Shown piece after piece: positions 59,131-64,000 of a DNA stretch of 64,000 nt; within the stretch, counting starts at the first letter, position 1, and every line of letters starts with the position of its first letter. Position numbers and translations under genes: made by a program. This DNA is from an uncultured Azospirillaceae bacterium (GTDB lineage: Bacteria; Pseudomonadota; Alphaproteobacteria; Rickettsiales; UBA3002), in contig CAZMBI010000005.1 of assembly GCA_964564675.1 (NCBI GenBank), positions 126-64,125 of the forward strand, read 5' to 3'. The notes beneath the pieces were generated by a model that saw nothing but the letters and a program-made list of their open reading frames with translations, was not told the DNA's origin and searched no databases.

Positions 59131-60182
59131 TCGGTTACCTCTTTAATGCGTTTGATGCCGTCAGTTAATGAGATCGCTATCTTGTCGCCGATCTTACCCA
59201 GCTTGGCGGTCGTCAGCGGCACGCCGCCAGATTTTACTTTCACCACATCATTGGGGGTGGCATTCAGCATGATGGTGCTGCCCACCTGTAAATCGATGAT
59301 TTCGCCAAGCGACATGCGCAGCTCATCCAGTACGGCATCGACTTCCACATAAGTTTGCTGGACTTCCTTACCCAGATGCCGCTCCCATATCGAGTCCTGG
59401 CCGAATTGATCGCCCATGAACATCTGCAGCAGCAAGTCGCGAATCGGCTCCAGCGTGGTATGCGGGAACATGATTTCCACCATACCGCCGCGCTCGTCCA
59501 TATCCACCCGCAGGCGCACCAGCAGCACGGCGCTGTTTGGCCGCGTGATACTGGCGAAGCGCGGGTTGTTTTCCAACCGGTCGAACTGGAATGTGACCGG
59601 GCTAACCGGATCGAACGCCGAGCTCATATCGTTGAGCACGATTTCCACCATTTTTTTGACGATATCCTGTTCAATGGTGGTGTAAGGCCGGCCTTCCACC
59701 CGTATCGGCCGGGTAGCACGGCGTCCCCCAAGCAGGATATCCACGGTCGAATAAATCTGCGAGCTGTCGACCGTTATCAGGCCGAAATTTTCCCACTCTA
59801 CAGCACGAAACACGGTCAACAATGCCGGTAGCGGCACCGAATTCAGATAATCTTCAAAGCGCATCGATGTCATCGAATCGATACTGACATCGACATTATC
59901 GGAGGTAAAATTCCGCAGCGAAGAGGACAGCATGCGCACCATGCGGTCGAACACGACCTCAAGCATCGGCAGGCGCTCATACGCCATCATCGACTTGTCG
60001 AGAATGGCGCGGATACCATTGGAGGCATCGCCGCCGCCCTCGGCATTATCAAAGCCCAGCAGTAGATCAATCTCGTCTTGATTCAAAACGCGCTGTTCGG
60101 CCTCGCCGCCGTCTTCACCGGCGAGCATCGCCTCCCACTCGGCACCTGGATCTTCTGCGCTGTCCTGATTTTCTTCTACCAT
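59115..60182 (-). CDS. fliM: Flagellar motor switch protein FliM
   Basis: N-terminal LNQDEIDLLLGF (CheY-P binding motif) plus the FliM middle and C-terminal SpoA-like domains. Confidence 0.93.
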   Translation of the reverse strand: MVEENQDSAEDPGAEWEAMLAGEDGGEAEQRVLNQDEIDLLLGFDNAEGGGDASNGIRAILDKSMMAYERLPMLEVVFDRMVRMLSSSLRNFTSDNVDVSIDSMTSMRFEDYLNSVPLPALLTVFRAVEWENFGLITVDSSQIYSTVDILLGGRRATRPIRVEGRPYTTIEQDIVKKMVEIVLNDMSSAFDPVSPVTFQFDRLENNPRFASITRPNSAVLLVRLRVDMDERGGMVEIMFPHTTLEPIRDLLLQMFMGDQFGQDSIWERHLGKEVQQTYVEVDAVLDELRMSLGEIIDLQVGSTIMLNATPNDVVKVKSGGVPLTTAKLGKIGDKIAISLTDGIKRIKEVTEWLHS

Positions 60183-60236
60183 CTGCCTGCCTCAGGGTTG
60201 TGATTTCCAGGTTTGTGTTAGGCGAACAATATGTCG

Positions 60237-60800
60237 CTATTGTACAATGATCTCGCTGAAAAGTATATCATTGACCTTGTGTGGCTGAATCGCCGTATTC
60301 AGGCGCATCAGCAACTCTTCGCGCAGCCGGTAAATACCGGCGGAGCCCGACAGATCGCTGGGCCGCAATTCGCGTAAATAAGTATTAAACACGTCCTCGA
60401 TGCGCGGCCGATTGGCATCAATCACCGGGATCACATCTGGCCCCGAAAGTTCCAGCGTCACTTTCATTTTCAAGAAGCTGGTCTTCTCGCCGGTTGTACT
60501 CAGGTTCACCAGAAATTCCGGCATTTCGTAATAGACCGGCCCGCCAATCAGGTTGCCTTCCTCATCATATTGCGGCGCGGCGTCCGCCTGCCTGCCCGTT
60601 TCGGACGCTTCACCCGGCTCGGGCTGCGTATCAGCCATCTCCTCGCCAGAGTCCGGCAGCCCCAGCAAACCGGAAAAATACACTCCGGCCCCGACACCCG
60701 CCAGCAGCAGCACCGCTAAAATGATAAGCAGCAGCGTTTTTTTGCCGCCAACGGATTTCGATTCCTCGTCCTGATTGTCTTCACTGATATCATCATCCAT
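60237..60800 (-). CDS. fliL: Flagellar basal body-associated protein FliL
   Basis: Single TM helix (LLLIILAVLLLAGVGAGVYF) plus the FliL domain (YYEMPEFLVNL......FLKMKVTLEL). Confidence 0.9.
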   Translation of the reverse strand: MDDDISEDNQDEESKSVGGKKTLLLIILAVLLLAGVGAGVYFSGLLGLPDSGEEMADTQPEPGEASETGRQADAAPQYDEEGNLIGGPVYYEMPEFLVNLSTTGEKTSFLKMKVTLELSGPDVIPVIDANRPRIEDVFNTYLRELRPSDLSGSAGIYRLREELLMRLNTAIQPHKVNDILFSEIIVQ

Positions 60801-61050
60801 AGCTCGGCCAGTGCTCCCTTAGATATTTTTCGTACGCGTCGTTTTGACACCCCTTCGCCATGGATGCCAGAAGAAAATGCAAGGTGCCGCTAAAGCGCAG
60901 TTAGTTACTCTTTTTGTTGTACTGAAAGCACAAAGCACGTGCAATAGGCAAATTATTCCCTTTCGATCATAGGGTGCTGGAAATGCTGTATTTTGATCAC
61001 GCACGCGGATCGCACCCCGCCATTCGGACGCGCTGAGTGCGCGACGCATC

Positions 61051-61067
61051 TGGCACGAATAGTGCAT
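61051..61067 (+). promoter_or_regulatory. Sigma-54 (-24/-12) promoter candidate for flgFGAH
   Basis: TGGCAC-gaata-GTGCAT. The GG and GC are separated by the canonical 10 nt. It lies 52 nt upstream of the flgF ATG. flgF-type rod operons are sigma-54 dependent in Caulobacter. Confidence 0.6.
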
Positions 61068-61118
61068 GACGTGTCGTATAATCAGACTAACGTGCAGTCA
61101 CATTGGAGCGGGTCACGC

Positions 61119-61859
61119 ATGGATAACAGTATTTACATATCATTATCACGCCAGCTGGCGTTATTCCGCGATATGACGGTGACGGCCAATAACATCGCCA
61201 ATGCCGACACGCCGGGATATAACGCCGAAAAAATGATGTTTACGGATTATCTGGTCGATGACGGCAATCGGCACAAGATGGCATTCGCTCAGGATATCGG
61301 TTCGTACCGGGATTTAAGCCAGGGCCCGATTGAGCATACCGGCAACCCGTTCGATCTGGCCGTCACCGGGCCCGGCTATTTCATTGTCGAAACCGCTTTG
61401 GGTGAACGCTACAGCAAGGCCGGCAATTTTACCCTGGGCGCGGACGGGATGTTGATGACCCCTACTGGCAACCCCGTACTCAGCCCCAACGGTGACCGTA
61501 TCTTTGTGCAAAACACTGATCGCAATATCACCATCGGTGAAACCGGCCAGATTTCAGTGCGCACGCCGGATGGTGCGCTGGAGCAGCGCGGCCAGATCGG
61601 TATGGTCGAGTTCGAAGACGAGCAGGCCATGGAGCGCCTGAACGGCCAGCTTTACAACACCGAACAGGAGCCGCTTGACGCAGTGAATTCGCGCATGCTG
61701 CAGGGGGTGATCGAATCCTCTAACGTGTCCCCGGTTCTTGAGTTGGTACGGACCACGGAGCTCTCACGCAGCACCGCCAGCACCGCCAAATTTATCGAAG
61801 TGATGTATGATCTTGAGCGTAAAACCTCGAACACATACACCAAGAGTCAACAAAACTAA
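61119..61859 (+). CDS. flgF: Flagellar basal-body rod protein FlgF
   Basis: MDNSIYISLSRQLALFRDMTVTANNIANADTPGY..., C-terminal rod-protein repeat. Start trimmed to the ATG at 61119. Confidence 0.9.
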   Translation: MDNSIYISLSRQLALFRDMTVTANNIANADTPGYNAEKMMFTDYLVDDGNRHKMAFAQDIGSYRDLSQGPIEHTGNPFDLAVTGPGYFIVETALGERYSKAGNFTLGADGMLMTPTGNPVLSPNGDRIFVQNTDRNITIGETGQISVRTPDGALEQRGQIGMVEFEDEQAMERLNGQLYNTEQEPLDAVNSRMLQGVIESSNVSPVLELVRTTELSRSTASTAKFIEVMYDLERKTSNTYTKSQQN

Positions 61860-61884
61860 AAACACGATAAAGGAGTTGTGACCC

Positions 61885-62670
61885 ATGCGTTCTTTACACA
61901 TTGCCGCCACCGGGATGCTGGCCCAGCAGACCAATGTGAACGTGATCTCTCAGAATCTCGCCAACCAGACGACAACAGGCTACAAGCTGCAACGCGCGGA
62001 ATTTCAGGATCTCATCTATCAGGACTTACGACGGATCGGCAGTAACTCCTCGGATGTGGGCACCATTGTCCCCACCGGAGTACAGCTCGGTTTAGGGGTC
62101 AAAACCGGGGCCATTTCGCGCAATACCGAGCAAGGCACCGTACAGCAGACGGAAAACCCGCTGGATCTGGCGATTCAGGGTGAAGGCTATTTTCAGATCG
62201 AGCTGCCCAATGGTGAGATTGCTTATACCCGTGACGGCGCGTTCAAGCTGTCGCCCGACGGGGAAATTGTCACGCTGGACGGTTACATCGTCGAGCCGGC
62301 CATTACCGTGCCCGAGGATGCGATTGATATTGCCATCAATGCCGCCGGCGAGGTGGAAGTCACACTTGAAGGCCAGGTGGAACCGGCTAATCTCGGTCAG
62401 CTTGAAGTCAGCACTTTTATCAACCCGGCCGGACTGGAGGCCATCGGCGATAACCTGTTTCTGGAAACCCCCGCCTCGGGTGACCCGATCGTTGGCATTG
62501 CCGGCGAGGAAGGAGTGGGCACGCTGTTGCAGGGCTATCTGGAAAACTCCAACGTGGATCCGGTGCGCGAAATCACCAACCTGATCGTTGCCCAGCGCGC
62601 TTACGAGATGAACTCGAAAGTCATCACCACATCCGATGAAATGCTGCAGGCATTGAACCAGTCAGCATAG
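61885..62670 (+). CDS. flgG: Flagellar basal-body rod protein FlgG
   Basis: MRSLHIAATGMLAQQTNVNVISQNLANQTTTGYK...LLQGYLENSNVDPVREITNLIVAQRAYEMNSKVI. Confidence 0.95.
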   Translation: MRSLHIAATGMLAQQTNVNVISQNLANQTTTGYKLQRAEFQDLIYQDLRRIGSNSSDVGTIVPTGVQLGLGVKTGAISRNTEQGTVQQTENPLDLAIQGEGYFQIELPNGEIAYTRDGAFKLSPDGEIVTLDGYIVEPAITVPEDAIDIAINAAGEVEVTLEGQVEPANLGQLEVSTFINPAGLEAIGDNLFLETPASGDPIVGIAGEEGVGTLLQGYLENSNVDPVREITNLIVAQRAYEMNSKVITTSDEMLQALNQSA

Positions 62671-62687
62671 AGATATGAGGAAACGAT

Positions 62688-63467
62688 ATGACCGCTAATA
62701 TGCAAGCCTCGCCACCCCGTCTATCACCTGGCGTTCGGTTGCTCGGCTTTGTCGCCGCCATGCTTATACTCGCCGGCATCGGCGCGATGGCGCATGCGGC
62801 CAACCAGCGCCATATGCTAACCGTATCCGAACTTGAATCGCGTCTGGCGGATGAGCTTGAAGCGCTGGGCGCCGGTGAATCAGTCAGCGTTAGCCTGATC
62901 GGGCGTTACAACGATGTGCTGCATGACAGTAAACGCCCCGTTCATTTGCAGTTCCAGTCGCTTGATTTTGATGCGCGCGACAATACCTGGCACGGTGAGA
63001 TCAAACTGTTCAACGGGGATACGCTGGCGCAAACGATGCCGCTTAAGGGGCGCTTTCAGCCCCTGGTAGCGGTGCCGGTGCTCAAACACCGCCTGCATCG
63101 CCGTGATGTCATCGAAGAGGTGGACATTACCTGGCAAGACGTGCCCGAGCATCGTCTGCGCAAGGATGTAATTTTAAGCAGCAGTGAGCTGGTCGGCATG
63201 TCGCCGCGGCGGGTGATTTCCGATGGCCGCGCCATTCGCGTGTCAGAAATCGAAAAGCCGATTGTCATGAGTCGCGGCGATATAGTACAAATTCGCTACA
63301 ATACGCCTAAAATTGAGATTCGTACTATCGGCGAAGCGATGGATGATGCCGCCACCGGCGACCGGATCCGTATTCGCAATTCGGAAAGCGACATCGTGGT
63401 TCAGGCCGAAGTGCTTGGGCCGGGAATGGCGCAAGTGAAGGATTTAATGCAAATATCACAGAATTGA
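62688..63467 (+). CDS. flgA: Flagellar basal body P-ring formation chaperone FlgA
   Basis: Signal peptide and a C-terminal SAF domain (ISDGRAIRVSEIEKPIVMSRGDIVQIRYN....I...G.A..D...GD.IRIRN..S). Confidence 0.85.
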   Translation: MTANMQASPPRLSPGVRLLGFVAAMLILAGIGAMAHAANQRHMLTVSELESRLADELEALGAGESVSVSLIGRYNDVLHDSKRPVHLQFQSLDFDARDNTWHGEIKLFNGDTLAQTMPLKGRFQPLVAVPVLKHRLHRRDVIEEVDITWQDVPEHRLRKDVILSSSELVGMSPRRVISDGRAIRVSEIEKPIVMSRGDIVQIRYNTPKIEIRTIGEAMDDAATGDRIRIRNSESDIVVQAEVLGPGMAQVKDLMQISQN

Positions 63468-63472
63468 CGCTT

Positions 63473-64000
63473 ATGAAACGCCCGCTTTACCTGCTTTTAT
63501 GTATTGCCCTTGCCGGTCTGAGCGCATGCGCCAGCACCATGGACAAGCTGGAACGCGTGGGTAAAGAACCGCCTATGAGCATAGTAGAAAATCCGCATGT
63601 GAAACCGGAATATAAGCCGCTCAGCTGGCCGATGCCCAAGCCCGAGCCGGAAACAACAAAATACGTCAATTCCCTGTGGCGGCCCGGTGCACGTTCGTTT
63701 TTCCGCGATCAGCGCGCCAGCCGCGTGGGTGACATTTTACGCGTACGCGTGGAAATCGATGACGAAGCCGAAATTGATAACGAAACGCTGCGCAACCGCG
63801 AAACCAACGAAGATGTGCAGGTGCCCAACCTGTTTGGCAGCCTGCGCGGCAAGGTGGTTCCCGGCAACCGACAAGACCCGCTGTTTGGCCTAAGCGCTGA
63901 GAACGAAAGTGATGGCAGGGGGGAAATCGAGCGTGAGGAACAAATCCGCACGCAGGTGGCAGCCCTTGTCACGCAGGTGCTGCCCAACGGCAATCTGGTG
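63473..64000 (+). CDS. flgH: Flagellar L-ring lipoprotein FlgH (partial, runs off the window end)
   Basis: My own translation; this ORF is not in the ORF track because it has no stop. MKRPLYLLLCIALAGLSAC (lipobox)...SLWRPGARSFFRDQRASRVGDILRVRVEIDD...TQVLPNGNLV. In frame to position 64000. Confidence 0.88.
   Translation, partial: MKRPLYLLLCIALAGLSACASTMDKLERVGKEPPMSIVENPHVKPEYKPLSWPMPKPEPETTKYVNSLWRPGARSFFRDQRASRVGDILRVRVEIDDEAEIDNETLRNRETNEDVQVPNLFGSLRGKVVPGNRQDPLFGLSAENESDGRGEIEREEQIRTQVAALVTQVLPNGNLV

Overview
The window is a chromosomal, mostly housekeeping segment with alphaproteobacterial gene content and synteny. It includes glnB-glnA, cmk-less rpsA-sppA-ihfB-lapA-trpFBA, recG/sdhE-mfd, amiC-mrcA divergent from rne, gapR-rnhB-dciA-dsbA, atpI-B-E-F'-F, and a flagellar cluster (fliL-fliM... 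and flgF-G-A-H). I call 58 CDS, one of them partial, and one tRNA-Pro. I found no rRNA, CRISPR array, transposase, integrase or recognisable defence genes.

The most interesting locus is a two-gene module appended to the ATP synthase F0 operon (36719-39405). It encodes a putative beta-barrel protein plus a membrane-embedded processive GT2 synthase. The synthase N-terminus carries a tandem MshEN-type c-di-GMP-binding motif, so this is a candidate minimal c-di-GMP-gated exopolysaccharide synthase of a type I do not know to be characterised.

Other points worth a second look:
- A PAS plus degenerate GGDEF protein that keeps the RxxD I-site, lying just upstream of recG.
- An AmiC amidase with a roughly 265-aa A+T-richer C-terminal extension of unknown fold.
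- Two structurally similar elements made of opposed arrays of phased short repeats: an 8-bp CGAA/TTCG array between rne and a PstS-like gene, and a 7-bp CAGG/CCTG array inserted in frame in thiC.
- thiC has no recognisable THI-box.
- A permease-less Wzt-like ABC ATPase lies at the tail of the fliLM operon.
- An identical 12-mer palindromic operator candidate occurs upstream of both a phasin gene and maeB.

All domain calls come from reading the translated ORFs by eye. No HMM or BLAST search was run.
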